Made by a program: the position numbers and the translations under genes
Assembly (NCBI GenBank): GCA_951406725.2
Contig: OX597818.1
Coordinates: 77,996,001-78,060,000, forward strand
Reading direction: 5' to 3'
DNA: 64,000 nucleotides
From: Octopus vulgaris
Taxonomy: Eukaryota
Part shown: positions 1-14,336 of the stretch, piece after piece
Position numbering within the stretch: position 1 is the stretch's first letter
Layout: every line of letters starts with the position of its first letter
The notes under the pieces: model-generated
The model's input: the letters and a program-made list of their open reading frames with translations, nothing else
Database searches by the model: none
What the model was told of the DNA's origin: nothing

Positions 1-267
1 AAAAAAAAAAGCAAACTGCAAACATTCATATGTATTAGTTGCTGCTGTCGATGTTATAGCTATTGGCTACCTTAAATCCAGAAGATCTACGATCTAAAAT
101 TTTTCCGACTGTGACCACCCCATCTTCCAGGCATAGTGTATTTGAGACTACATTATCCAAAGTGCGCTTCTCTTTATCAAGACTGTAGAGTGTTGATTGA
201 GATAGATGATCCTGCTATTTCTAACAGGTCAAGTAACCATGAAGAGACGCCCATATCAGCTCGTATA

Positions 268-432
268 TGCGCGTACACACACATACACGCACACACACAC
301 ATACACGCGCACACACACATACACGCGCATACACGCGCACACACACATACACGCGCACACACACATACACGCGCATACACGCGCACACACACACACACGC
401 ACATACACGCGCACACACACATACACGCGTGC
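268..432. repeat. Compound (CA)n/ACACATACACGCGC micro/minisatellite
   Basis: Direct reading; explains the HT/CV-rich ORFs at 136-598. Confidence 0.9.
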
Positions 433-3400
433 GTATCTCAGAAGTAATTTATTCTCCTTACAGTTGAAACCAACCACCAAGCGAAACTCGAGTACATTGT
501 TATTTTTGATACACTCAAACGCATTCACGACTTTTATAAATTATGTAACATTCCTAAAATGTAATAGAGAACGTAACTTAGAAACACCGTCCGCATGAAA
601 CGCAATAGTTAAGTCAGTGTTGATATATGTAGTACAAGGATCATTGAGAAGTTAATTAAAAACAATTATATAGCGAATTATAACAAATAAACTTTAATTA
701 TTTCGGCAGGCATGGGAAACAACTCCAGACATGACATAGAAATTCTTACATTCTCTCGATTTCCTGTGATTCAGACCGCCTCATGGTTCTAGCAGTCAAA
801 ATGGAAAAGGCGTTACCCCGAAGGATAGCGAGAGAGATGCGCTGGAACAGCCATAATGACTTAAGGGGTTCGCAGAGCTCATGGTAATTCCTCTAGGGCA
901 TGTTATATAACTTTGTCATCTTTGATCCTACAGACTTATGATAAAAGACGATCTAACAGTGACCGTCTTTACATTTCTTTCTAAGACAGTGTATTTATTA
1001 TTACTTTATCTGTGTCCTCTCTTTTAAAGATATTACTGCGTAATTTAGAAGAGCTGTAGCCTTTATTTTTAGGAAATCAAATGACAGCATAGAAGTTCTG
1101 TCATTCAATTAGCATTTTCTCAATATGACGAGCTCATACATTTTTATTATTCAAGTAAAAAACCTGGTGTGTATGGTATCAACCTTAACGCAAAGAAAGG
1201 AAAAGCCCACGCTCCTAGAGTTTGACAAAACTGAATGCTCGAAGGCATTTAGTCCACTTAGTCCAGTACTTTGCGGTTGCTCCATGACTTTAATTTCATT
1301 CGAAATATCCACATGAGATTAAAAACAATCAAAATCTTGATCTTGTTCACTACTATGTTATGTACGAGACTATGGGAGAATAAACATAATTGATTAATGT
1401 TACCAATGTCTTCTCTGAAAGATGTTGATGACAAATCTAAGGTATAATGGATTATTTAATGAACAAAGACTGATTCCCATATTTTGTTTTAGCTCATTTC
1501 TTCACTCTTGCACACCATCTATAACAAGGGATGGCAACGGAGTTGTCTGTACGCAAATCCTTTATAATTACTAATTGTCATTACCATCATCATTCTCCCC
1601 CCCTTCTCTCTCAATCATTCCAAATCTCTTCCTAAAACGCAAAGTTACATGACCTAAATAATGACCCATATTTTCATGAGGTATCAACTTTAAGGCAGAC
1701 GCATAAACATACATACAAACACCCCTGCACACTTAATGACACATTTTTGAATTTCGTAAAAGTTCTTTTTCTTTTCTAGATTTCTTTGGAAGGAGTTTTT
1801 AATCTTTCGGAATTTACTTATTAAATTGAAGAGATCTGTTTTAAATTGTTACAGGTTCCTGGTAGTTGCTGGTTGCATTCTCTAGGATTTGAATCAGCAT
1901 TTCTTTTCCGTATTGGATTGCTGTGTCACTATCCCATTCTTTTGTCATTTTTCTATTAGACTTTTGAAATAATGTTTAATAGATGGTATAGTTTTGATTA
2001 AAAGTTCAATGGGTATATTTTCATATTCAGTTCTGCTTTCTCTACTTGTAGACAGCGCTCAAGTATGAAACAAGACGGAGGACATGGAAATCGAATACTA
2101 AAGGGAGAGTCAAGCAGCTTCGGGATTGTATCTGATTTAAATAGTACTTTTTTGATTATTCGATGTTTATCCGTTGTTGTAAGCTTACTAATTAGAGTGT
2201 TGGCCTAAAGATCTCACAATCTTGAAATTGATTCCTGGACTAGGCAGTGCATGCTGTTCAAGCAAGGCATATTATTTATTGTTGCCCCAGTTTACTCAGC
2301 TTAATGTGTATCAAGTGAGTGCTGGTGGATCCTTCTTTCTCATTTAGTTGTCATATACTTGTTATTCCCCCGAGTCAAAGGCGTGGGGTTGAAAAGGTGT
2401 CACTCTCTTCTTGTGACAACATAAGCATCAAAACAATTGGGGGTAAACGTAATACAAGCTACGAGGTCATACACGCTAGCGAATGCTGGCTAAGCTGCAT
2501 GTTTGAGTCGTTGCAGTGGAAAAAAATGAAAGTAGTAAAAATTGGCACGGTCGGACCCCATACAATTATTGACCACAAAATTTTCTTGTGGATTGCTCCC
2601 AAATTTGGTGACGGTGAAATGACAGGCCAGTCTGGCCAGGATAACGTTCATAGCAACTGTTGCATGTTAAAATATATAATAATTTTCGAAACAACACGAA
2701 ACGTTATTTTTAATTTTGAAAACAAGTGCTTCATTAAAATGAAACTTTATAGTTAGGTTCCCACACAGAGTTTAGCTTATTGTTTTACCATTAACAGATT
2801 GTATTACTTGACTGGGTTTCATTAGTTAACATACGTTGGAAAAGGGAGTTTCTCAGTGTTTGAAGGGGTAAATGGTATACATGTTTATCTCCCTAGTCTT
2901 TTTATTATCTATATCTCTAAGTACAGCAAAAAGCTGTATTTGGTCTTTTGAGTTCAGCTACTTAAGCAAGATCATCTTGTGCATGCAACTTATGAGTAAA
3001 GCTGGAACTATAATTATGGTTATGGGAATTATTTTACGTTACTCGCTATTTTTGTTATTTTTGATTTAATGTAAAACGTTAGTTCAAGACGGTGCCCCAG
3101 CATGGCTGCAGTAAAATTACTGAAACAAGTAAAAGGTAAAAGATTAGAACATGGTTTTTATTTTATTTAATTGTGTTTAATAGCAATAAACAGACTCGTT
3201 TAATAAACGCCAATTTAATGTCAGTTTCATTTCGTTTACTGTAGTAAGCTGCGGACTCTAATAATTTCTTATTGCTGGTTGGATATATACATTGAATTTT
3301 TATATATTTATTTGTTTGAATAGAGCAGCCGATGATGGGATGTCCATGTTTACTTTGATAATTTTTGATGTTAGTGTCGTATTTATCTAAATGTACGTTT

Positions 3401-3670
3401 CCCTCTTTTGCTTGTTCGTTCGTGCTGTGTCAGGTTCTCTTCAGCATTTAAAGTTTTAGTGTGTTGATAGTGTCGCGACGTATGGAATATACTAGTGACA
3501 GGATGAATTGGGTAAGGTATAAGTTAGTAACCACGTTATGGTAGGGACACACACGTGTGTGTGTATGTATTTGATTTTATTTTTATAATTCGCATATATA
3601 TATATATATATTTGATTTTATAGAAATAATTTGCATATATATATATATATTTGATTTTATAGAAATAATT

Positions 3671-3719
<49 letters not shown>

Positions 3720-3796
3720 GAAAAACAAATGACGAAGACACCTATAGGAACAGCAGGCAAGTATATTAGTTTGACGTTCGGGAAAAATGGAAAAGT

Positions 3797-3832
3797 TTTT
3801 TACGTTTCGAGTCTACACTCTTCGACAGAAAG
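3797..3832 (-). ncRNA. Degenerate minimal hammerhead-like motif in a PLE-type repeat
   Basis: Minus: TTT-CTGTCGA-A-GAGT gtag ACTC-GAAA-CG-TA-AAA. Same family as 47570-47604; core A6 is mutated. Confidence 0.35.
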
Positions 3833-3948
3833 GAACAAGAGGAAATAAATAGAGAATATTAAAAAAAAACGAGTTCAGAGATCCAGCACGCACACACACA
3901 CACACACATATATATGCAAGAGTTATGAAATAGAGTAGCAAAGATCCG

Positions 3949-4031
3949 GGCTACATATATTTCATAGCAAGCAGAACCTCAAAAGTGATAAAATCGAAGT
4001 GAGGTGTAAACCATCGGCTACTCTTCAGGCC
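3949..4031 (-). ncRNA. Type I hammerhead ribozyme-like motif
   Basis: Minus: GGC-CTGAAGA-GTAGC...GCTAT-GAAA-TATATG-TA-GCC; stem I GGC/GCC, stem II GTAGC/GCTAT, GUA triplet. Confidence 0.55.
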
Positions 4032-4193
4032 AAGGATATCTTTTTTCGGCTTATCGTTCTTCGATACGTAAAAAGACCCTCCCTCAACTTTCCGTCTCCA
4101 TAAACCGCTGTTGTCCTTGAAAGTTGGTTTTTATATTCATTACGGGTTACTTGAAACTAAATTTCTTCCTACACTTCTATCCCTGGATCTTGC

Positions 4194-4236
<43 letters not shown>

Positions 4237-4306
4237 TACACACACACACATATGCCTATGTATGTATTCATACATTTAAACACACAAAGATATATATATA
4301 TATGTA

Positions 4307-5132
4307 CGAGGTCTGATCAATAAGTATCCGTACTGTTGCCAAAGGAACGAAGCTAAAGCACGCAGAGTGAAGCTGCTGGGTAAATATTGACCTTGAACTC
4401 TGCTGTTTACGCGCACTAAGTTTTAACGTTTTACCTCACTTCCGCTATTTACAGCAGTGCTTGGAACTAAGGTGTATAGCCTGTAATCATCGCATTGACC
4501 ATGACAGAGAAAGTCTTCGTAGTAATACCTACTCAGAGACCTACGTAAAGTTGCAGAAAGTGTATGGAGAGGAGTGTATAAACCGCACACAAGTATACGA
4601 GTGGTTCAGACGTTTCCAAGAGAAAAACATCGCAGATGTGCGTGCAGCTATGAGGGGAAATCATCGAATCACCGTCCGTGAGTTATCAGAGAAAGTGCAG
4701 ATTAGTTACGGTTCAGTTCATTATCACTGAAGATTTGGGTATGAGATGCGTGTCTGCTAAGTTTGTGCCAAAGCTGCTTTCAGCTGACCAAAGAGAAATT
4801 CGGGTTTCAGTTGCACAAGATCTTGATTGTATCGAGAACGATGAAAACTGTTTGAAAACTTTGCGTAGACCTCTGAGCAGGTATCGCCAAGCTTTTGGCA
4901 AAATTTGATGCAGATTCTCTGCTCAGCTTTCTCTGTCAGGGTCATTGTGACAATCACTCGCTACACACCTTCCTTCCAAGCACTGATGTAAACAGCAGAA
5001 ATGAGTAAAATGTTAAAACTTAGTGTGCATGCACAGCAGAGTTCAAGGTCAATCTGTGCCAAGTAGCTTTACTCTTCGTGCTTTACCTTCGTTACTATGG
5101 CAACAGCCTGGATACTAATTGATCAAACTACG
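4307..5132 (+). mobile_element. Non-autonomous mariner-derived element with long inverted arms (two 5' ends)
   Basis: TA|CGAGGTCTGATCAATAAGTATCC...GGATACTAATTGATCAAACTACG|TA. + strand encodes mariner HTH fragments (RTQVYEWFRRF, CVSAKFVPKLLS); - strand encodes MTLTEKAEQRICIKFCQKLG. Confidence 0.85.
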
Positions 5133-5200
5133 TATATATAATTTGCCTCAATCTGTAAACGCATAGAATCGGACATATATTTGCCTTTATATATATAATT

Positions 5201-5231
<31 letters not shown>

Positions 5232-5371
5232 CTTTGTTTCAGTCATTAGACTGCGACTATACTGGGGTACCGCTTTAAAAATTTGTTTTAGTCGAATGGA
5301 TCGACCCCAGTACTAATTTTTTTGTTAAGCCGGGTACTTATTCTATCGGTCTCTTTTGCTGAACCGTTTAA

Positions 5372-7230
5372 GCTTTTAAAACGGTTGACGTAAATTTACG
5401 CACGCTATGTACATGCTTTAAATCGGTCGACATAATTATACGCCGCCTGATTTAGGACCAATCACCTACGTTAGTACCAACCCACCTGCCAACTGATGGG
5501 CTGATTAGATGTTTCATGTAAATATTTACAACCCAGATGTTGGCTTTATTCCTATATAAGCTGTAGTTTTGGCGATTAGACCACCTTCCAATCAACTCAA
5601 AACCAATCTACGTTCATCATCTTGCATTGCCAGTGCTCGCAGGGATACTGCTGTAGCTGAATCTTCTGGTCCTTCACGTAATTCACTGTCGCGTCCCACT
5701 ACACCGGCCTTCTCGCGTTCGTCATCAGCTTCGTCACGTTTGTCATCACGTCGTGCCACTCCTGCTTCCTCATGTTCTACTACTCCAGTTCCATCAGCAT
5801 CATCGTCGCGTCCTGCCACTCCGGCTCTGTCAATTCCGCCGTCGCATTCTATTTCGTCGAATTTACGGTGGTCGCGCCAAGCAACACCAAGCTCCACCAC
5901 CTCACCAATTGTTTCTTCCGGTTCGGGCGGTGACTCAAAGAGTGAGTATTTTACTAGTTCAGAATCAGATGATTCCGATAGCGATGATGATATTCCGGTG
6001 AATCAAAGGTTCAGGCGAGCAGCAGTGACTGACCCTGGACAACAGAATGTCTCGTGGTGAGCGAAAGACAATTTTGTCCGACAGCATGGGTTTACTGGTA
6101 CGCCTGGCTTTAAGGCAAACCTTGAACATGGAAAGACGCCATTGAAAATCTTCCACGAATTTTTGATGGATGAAATGTTCCAATACATAGCGGACGAAAC
6201 GTATGACTATGCTGAAAACCATCCGCAGCATGTCAGACCCGGACATGGCAGTGATTGGTTTCCAACCACAGGGGACGAAATCAAAGTTCTGCTTGGCCTG
6301 CTGATACTGATGGGCATCATGAAGAAACCGATCCTGGCGTCATATTGTAATCAGGATCGACACCTTTCTTTCTGAAAACGATGCCACATGATCGATTTGT
6401 GACGCTTCTTCGGAATCTATATTTCAACTCGGGCGCGAACCAGGATGACAGGCTGCACAAAATAAGTCCTATCATTGACGAAGCGGCTGAGAATTTCAGT
6501 GCCCACTTTGGAGCCAAGGTTTATAAAGTATTCCAGTCAACTGGCAGAGCCTGTGGATACATGTGGACTTGAAAAATCTACGTTGGTCAGGACAGATTGG
6601 ATCTTCCATTGTCTACTTTAGCATCAACTGATGTCGTGTTGTCACTGAATGAAAACCTGTTTAACATATTTATATGGACAACTGGTTTTTCCAGTCCAGA
6701 CTTCTTCCTGAAGCTGCAAACGAGGACTAATGCCTGTGGGACTGAGAGGACGCACAAGGAAAACATGCCGCCCGATCTTCACAAGATAATCTTCGAAAGG
6801 GGGAAACAGTGTACCGATGCATCGATACACTATCTCACTCTAGTGTGGCATGACTAAAAAAACGTCTGCATGTTATCTACAATGCATTCTGCAAGCGTGA
6901 AGAACTCTAGGAAACAAGATGCGGACGGTCGTGCCATAATAAAACCGAGTGTAGTTGTTTAATACAGTGAAGGGATAGGCGAGGTGGATCGCTCAGATCA
7001 GCTGGTGACGAGAAAATTTATGAAAAGGTACAAAAATCCATAAAAATTCCCAGATCACTACCAAAATTTCATCATCTCTTCCGTGTGTCCTTACCAACTT
7101 TTTCTGCAAGTGTCATCAAATACCGTTCACAACGTTTTGAGTTATTTTGTACACAGACAGACAAGTCAACGCCGATGAAAACATAACCTCCTTCCTTGGC
7201 GGAGGTAAAAAAAAAACCGTTGTCATGGGG
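5372..7230 (+). mobile_element. Decayed piggyBac transposon (PGBD-like transposase pseudogene)
   Basis: Fragments KIFHEFLMDEMFQYIADET, WFPTTGDEIKVLLGLLILMG, MPHDRFVTLLRNL, DRLHKISPII, GEVDRSDQ; TTAA at 5368-5371 and 7231-7234; stops and frameshifts. Confidence 0.85.
7045..7210. mobile_element. Helentron/HINE-like terminal fragment inside the piggyBac
   Basis: CAGACAGAC microsatellite followed by AAAACATAACCTCCTTCCTTGGCGGAGGTAA hairpin end, resembling Helentron-associated elements. Confidence 0.5.
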
Positions 7231-7397
7231 TTAAGTTACGAGGACATAAACACACCAAGACCAACACAAATACTCACACACACAGACAAGTCAACGCCGA
7301 TGAAAACATAACCTCCTTCCTTGGCGGAGGTAAAAAAAAAACCGTTGTCATGGGGTTAAGTTACGAGGACATAAACACACCAAGACCAACACAAATA

Positions 7398-7499
<102 letters not shown>

Positions 7500-7659
7500 C
7501 ATGCACATATATACGATGGGCTTCTTTCAGTTTTTGTCTACCAAATCTACTCACAAGGCTTTGGTCGGCCCCAGGCTATAGCAGAAGACATTTGCCCAAG
7601 GTGCCACGCAGTGGGATTAAAACTGGAACCATGTGGTTGGGAAGCAAGCTTCTTGCCAC

Positions 7660-7720
<61 letters not shown>

Positions 7721-7964
7721 CATATTTTACAAGAAGATTAGAGACAGAGTTTCGGCTTGAAAAGAATCGTCGGACAATCCGATGAAGCCAGTCAAAATTC
7801 GAAACCACTGTCACCAATCATTTTGTTAAGTACATAAAGATGGTCTCAACCAAAATTAAACTCTTCAGCTAGATGTAAAGTAGTTATTATTATAGCACAC
7901 TTGCATATGAGAAGGCACACTTGCATATGAGAATAGTTTCATTCATTTTCATGCGCGCGCGCGA

Positions 7965-7997
<33 letters not shown>

Positions 7998-8251
7998 AAT
8001 TATAACTTAAGGTATCTACGAGATACCGCCATGCTGAAATATTTTGTCGTTTTGTCTTCTCTCCTTGTGCTGTATGAACATTTAAGGTGGTTTTATAATC
8101 AGATTCTGGCTGCTATTTTCAGCATGGCGGTATCTCGTAGATACCCTAAATTATAAATTTTTAATAATAATTATTACCTTTGAAGGTTTTTGTTTTCATG
8201 CTGGCCACTTGATAGGATCGTTATTTAATTTAAATTAACGATCTTATCCTT

Positions 8252-8301
<50 letters not shown>

Positions 8302-8644
8302 GAAGAAATGTAGTTTAAAATGTATTTTGGATCTAAGAAGTTTTATTTAGGTGAAATTGAGTACTTGCCCAATTTCATGATTTTCAAGGATTGGGTGAGA
8401 GATAGAAAAGTGGAGCTATGCTGCAACTATTTCATCTTATATATACACTCCACATATCATATTTATATTTCTATCTAATTTACACAACTCTCAGTATTTC
8501 TAGACATCTGTTTGATGACACATCGCATGTGTGGGAGTTGAACTGGTTCCAACCGACTATTGAACGTGAACTCGCGTCATTTTTGTCCAGAATTTTTTTT
8601 CAGATTTCAAATTTGGTGTGTCTAACAGCTTTTGCTTGTGCTAA

Positions 8645-8820
8645 AGTGTGTGTGTCTGTCTGTGTGTATGTGTGTCTGTCTGTATCTTCCTGTCTGTCTG
8701 TCTGTGTATATGTGTGTCTGTCTGTTTATCTCTCTATCTGTCTGTTTATCTGTCTGTCTGTTTATCTGTTTGCCTGTCAATCTGTCTGTCTGTCAATCTG
8801 TCTGTCTGTCTGTCTCTCTA
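8645..8820. repeat. (TCTG)n/(TCTA)n tetranucleotide microsatellite
   Basis: Direct reading. Confidence 0.9.
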
Positions 8821-8947
8821 TATCTGCATATACATACTTACATATCAGGTGAGGCATATAAATTTATCCATTATTTAAGCATAATGATTTACCAATCAAA
8901 CATAAATTGAAACATACTTATTCGCAAAAATATTTGGAAGTGTCGTA

Positions 8948-9134
8948 CGAGGGGGTGCTGAAAAGTTCCTGGCTTTTAAGGGTATGACGAAAGGCCTGGC
9001 TGGAGGCCCAGCCTTCCAAGTTCTTTTACTGGGCTTAGAAGAACTGAAGGACCACTGCAATAAGTGAGAACCTGAAAGGGGAATATTTTGAATAAAATCA
9101 TAATTAACTGATCGAAATTTTCAGCATCATCTCG
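8948..9134. mobile_element. Short mariner-type MITE
   Basis: TA|CGAGGGGGTGCTGAAAAGTT ... AATTTTCAGCATCATCTCG imperfect TIRs, about 190 bp. Confidence 0.65.
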
Positions 9135-10141
9135 TCTAACATCTTTCTAACATCTTTTTGTTTTATTGTTTACCATTTATTGAATATGACGGCTTAAATG
9201 AAACGTGAACGAATTGTAGCATTGAAAATGGCCGGTATAAAGAATTGTGAGGTGAAAATTGAAAGAATTAAGGGTATGGTGAAATCAAAGATTAGCCATT
9301 TTGAATTGTAAATACATGTAAAATTATCAATAAGAATCAACTGGTAAAATTTCATTTACCAAAAACCTAAAACTTTTATTTCTATTTTATGATAATATGA
9401 ATAATGGATACACACACAAACACACACACATAAGAAATGTAGCTATTTTGTCTGTTTTGTGGTCACCCCACTCCGCACCGTCTGTGAACACTTCACATAG
9501 CATTAATAGATCTTTCTCTAATGAATGTTTTCTTCCTCTCTCTGAATGTCAATTTTCATTTTAAATTTCTCTGTATCTGGCAGTCTATTTCACTCTCTCC
9601 CTCATAAATATGTATATAATACGTTCCGGTACAATGCAACGTGAGACGCATTCGCTGCCGGATTTCGTATCGGAGAACAATTCTTCTTTCCACAGACTTT
9701 GTATAAACACATCGAATCGGGTTCCAGTTTACGCTAACAAACTACAGAATATGGTGTTCCGGTGTGATTTCGCCTTCTCAGTGACAAGTACCACCACAGT
9801 TATTTGGAGCTAAGCTGGAACTTCTGTTTCTGTAAGCAGATAACGTTTAACAATATATTCGCGTTTGTTAAACTTTAGTACAGACTAGAAAATATATCAT
9901 TTGTTGTTATATATATATATAGGAACAGAAAATTCAGCTTAACACTAAATGGCTTAGGCGGTGTCTGCTACTGAAGAAGTGAATAATGTTGAAATCCCGT
10001 GTTTGGTAGTCTGATGGCGTCACATAGAGCTTGGTCCCATGTGTTTTTACATACACTTGCTTTTTCTCCGAGACTATTATGCTCTAAGCATGTGTGTATT
10101 TATTTATTTAGTCATTGGACTGTGGCCAGGCCGGTGCATCA

Positions 10142-10189
<48 letters not shown>

Positions 10190-10659
10190 CATATTGTGCT
10201 ATTATCCTGTATCCCTAATCTTTCTACCTCGATTACCACTTTTACGATATCATTGCAAGTGTTTCTTTTCTATCTATCTGTCTTTCTGTTTATCTGTCTA
10301 TTTATCTATCTATCTATCCCTTTCCTTTCACACTTATACTCTAATAGATGCTGTACTCATGATATTTGGCACATCTCGTTGTTCTTTCATCTCCTACTTA
10401 AGACATCATAGGAATATTGTTACTTTTTATGTCCATATATGTATGTATGCATGAGTGTATATATGCGTATGTTTGCATTTACGTATGTATACCAACATCT
10501 ATCTATATGTGCATACCATATGTTTGAATATAGAAACGTGTGTTTGCATGCGTATTTTATATATATATATATATATTGACATAGTATCTACACACCATCG
10601 TATTCATGTATCTAAGTATGAAATTGAGATTTTATAAGCAATTATGCACATTCTCACAA

Positions 10660-10817
10660 TGTACACACACATATATATATATATATATACATGTTACTTA
10701 TTTATGAATATATATGTGTATATATATAATATGTGTGTGTATGTGCGTATATATATATGTATATATATATATATGCATATATATATATATGTATATATAT
10801 ATGTATTTATATATATG

Positions 10818-10852
<35 letters not shown>

Positions 10853-11413
10853 GTATATATATATGTATTTATATATATATATATATATGTATTTATATAT
10901 ATATATATATATATGTATGTATATATATATATATGTATATATATATGTATATATATATATATATATGTATTTATATATATGTATATATATATATCTGTAT
11001 ATATATGTATATATATATATATATCTGTATATATATATGTATGTGTGTGTATATATATGTGTGTGTGTGTATATATATATGTGTGTGTGTATATATGTGT
11101 GTGTGTGTGTGTATATATGTGTGTGTGTGTGTATATATATATATATGTGTGTGTATATATATATATGTGTGTGTATATATATATATATGTGTGTGTGTAT
11201 ATATATATATATGTGTGTGTGTATATATATATGTGTGTGTATATATATATGTGTGTGTGTATATATATGTGTGTGTGTGTATATATATATATGTGTGTGT
11301 GTATATATGTGTGTGTGTGTGTATATATGTGTGTGTGTGTGTATATATATATATGTGTGTATATATATATATATGTGTGTGTGTATATATATATGTGTGT
11401 GTATATATATATG

Positions 11414-11445
<32 letters not shown>

Positions 11446-11489
11446 TATATGTGTGTATATATATATGTATGTATGTATATATATGTATG

Positions 11490-11527
<38 letters not shown>
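10660..11527. repeat. Compound (TA)n/(TG)n microsatellite
   Basis: Direct reading. Confidence 0.95.
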
Positions 11528-11529
<2 letters not shown>

Positions 11530-11739
11530 AGCTCGTGCGTGCGCGTCCGGTTTTTCTCTCTCCCTCTCTATCCCTCATATATATGTAAGATCAATGCCTT
11601 GCACACAAATATATATATATATAATCAAAGACAACATTATCCATCAGTATGAATTCTCTGTGGTTCGTAACTCTTTCTCACTCCTTCTCCACACCTTCAC
11701 ACCTCCTCTTATCATTACACTTACAATGTTCCTAACATT

Positions 11740-12205
11740 GATTACCACTATCAACATCATCACTACCATTACTAAAATCGCCAACATCTCCCTCCCCCAC
11801 CAACACTGCCATTATTGTCATCATCTCCACCATCAGACCGCCATCCTCGCTAGCATCACTTCCAGTAGTAGCACAACAATGATGATGATTATGATCAATG
11901 TCGTTACGGCGGTTGTCGTCGTCGTCATCATTATCAGTATCTTCACTACCAGCATCAGTGTCATCATCATCATTATCATCAACATAACCATTGCCATCAC
12001 GAATCCCACCACCAGCATAAATGTCCCAACGACCACCACCAGCAACACTACAGCCAATACTACAACTAGTAGCACAATCAACACTGCAACCAACGTCACC
12101 GCCACCGCCGCCGCCAATACCACTGACATAACCACCACCAGCATTACGACCACCACAGCCATTACTACAAACACAACCACCATCACCACCACTACCACCA
12201 ACAGG
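11740..12205. repeat. Degenerate (ACC/ATC)n trinucleotide low-complexity tract
   Basis: Thr/Ile-rich pseudo-ORF; no splice or domain evidence. Confidence 0.8.
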
Positions 12206-12214
12206 CAACTGTTA

Positions 12215-12662
12215 TCACTATAGGAACCTTTATGAGATTATGCGACTTCCTAGAAATGGCAGCTAGATCTCCCTCAAATGACAGCCAATATTTTCAAAAA
12301 GTGAACACATTGCATAGTGTAGTGTTGGATATCCCCCAAACATACACGCAACCACTACCAATACCACAAACTCAACCACCCTCAACACGACGACGACGAC
12401 GACCACCACCACAACCAGAACTATAACCACCATCACTATAGGAAACTTTATGAGGTTACTTCATTCCTAGAAATGGCAGCTAAATCTCCTTCAGCTGACA
12501 GGCTATATTTTAAAAAAAGGGAAGGACATATTGCATGGTGTTGAGTTGGATATCTCCAAAACACACACGCACACATACGGGGTGGCTATGGTTGGAATAC
12601 TTTCGATCATAGATCTGCTTGATCTGGGTTGACCTCGGGCTAAATAGCAACAACAAAAACAA
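12215..12662 (+). repeat. Locally duplicated fragment of an interspersed repeat with (AAC)n tail
   Basis: CACTATAGGAA..CCTAGAAATGGCAGCTA..TTGGATATC occurs at ~12215 and ~12432; related pieces at 1-200 (-), 28380-28535, 37380-37540 (-), 63510-63970. Confidence 0.55.
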
Positions 12663-13115
12663 CATGCTGATCTCCCTAAACTATAATTATATCTTCCAGT
12701 ATATCATTTATCCAAAATATTTCCGCCTCTGCTCTCCCATCACTTTCGTTCCCCAGTATTTTCGTGTTTCTTCTTTCTTGTTTACCTTTATCCTTTTTTC
12801 TTTTTCTGTTTTTTTTTTTTAATTTTCCTTCTTTTCCGTGTTCTTCATTTTCCTATTTTCCTTTTCTTTTCTTTTTCTTTTCTGTTTTTTCTTTCTTTCT
12901 TTGCTCGGTCTCTTTCTTCTTCTTCTTCTCACTCGATGCCATAGCCGTTGTTATTATTACATTACACTTCAATATCTCTCTTCTATCAGGATCAGCTAGG
13001 TAAATTCCCACTAGTCGTTCATTGAACAATCTGTCTAAGCGTGCAAATGCATTTAAGAGCAGCCAGGCTAAAGCACATCCAATTTTACTGACTGGTGTCA
13101 AGTTAATCTGTCTCT

Positions 13116-13155
<40 letters not shown>

Positions 13156-13162
13156 ACACACA

Positions 13163-13202
<40 letters not shown>

Positions 13203-13301
13203 CTCTCTCTCTCTCCCTCCCTCTCATTTTATAGACATCATCTGGCTTTGCAAGTACGCTTGCACACAGTACTTGGATTGTTTCCGTGCTTATCTGGTTA
13301 A

Positions 13302-13381
<80 letters not shown>

Positions 13382-13618
13382 AGCAGCCACCAAGACAGAT
13401 AATCGCTTAAGCTCTGCATCTTATCAGTACGTTAGAAGGGTCAGTGAATCGTAGCTCACATTTAATCCATCTCGACAAAATCTGCACACCCGAGAAGACT
13501 ATTAGTAGTAAGTAATTAGAAAGAAACAAACAGCCGACAGAATCAGACGGCACACTTGGAGTAGCCAGATCCGTACCCTACACTCTAATATATTTTATAT
13601 TTTTTCAATACCAACACT

Positions 13619-13738
13619 ATGGCCTCGTTACTTGAGTATCATGGACCATATTCAATAGAAATGACACATGAGATACCGCGACCGTTTATCCGCCCGGCAC
13701 CAAGATCTGTTCCACCACCAACCTATACACATCCGTTG
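13619..13738 (+). CDS. Candidate first coding exon, 40 aa Pro-rich (MASLLEYHGPYSIEMTHEIPRPFIRPAPRSVPPPTYTHPL)
   Basis: Non-repetitive, GC-elevated island; acACTATGG start context; ends TTG|GTAAGT in phase 0. Product not recognised. Confidence 0.45.
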
Positions 13739-13849
13739 GTAAGTATGGTTAAATACTATCTTCACCACAATAACTTTACGTATTTTTGTTTGCTACCCTC
13801 TCTGGGCTTAATATTCAATAGAATGAGAAAGATAAAATGGGTAAGAAGA

Positions 13850-13931
<82 letters not shown>

Positions 13932-14272
13932 GTCTCTTTCAATATATATATATATATATATAAACACACACACACAGTAATAAATATGTTTATACTGGCG
14001 TGCGCGCGCACACGTACACAGGTATACATTTATAAATATATACAATTTAATATCTAAGAGTATATTTTTAACCAGTTGTAAAGTTATATAAATGGCTTAA
14101 GGGACGACACTTTCGTGTGTTGCACTCTTGAATAAGTGAAATATCCTATACTGTCGGATCTTGAGTCACTCAGGTAAATTAACAGCTGTTTCGTGTGAGT
14201 GTGTGCATGGGTACATATAATACACACACACAGATATACATGCATACAGACACACAGACACACACACGTATT

Positions 14273-14336
<64 letters not shown>

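Noticed and set aside
5569-6060. Ser/Arg-rich 163-aa ORF as a host gene
   Set aside because: Lies inside the piggyBac; it is the low-complexity/acidic N-terminus of the dead transposase
10644-12223. 300-500 aa ORFs including a Thr-rich mucin-like tail
   Set aside because: Di- and trinucleotide repeats; no splice or domain support
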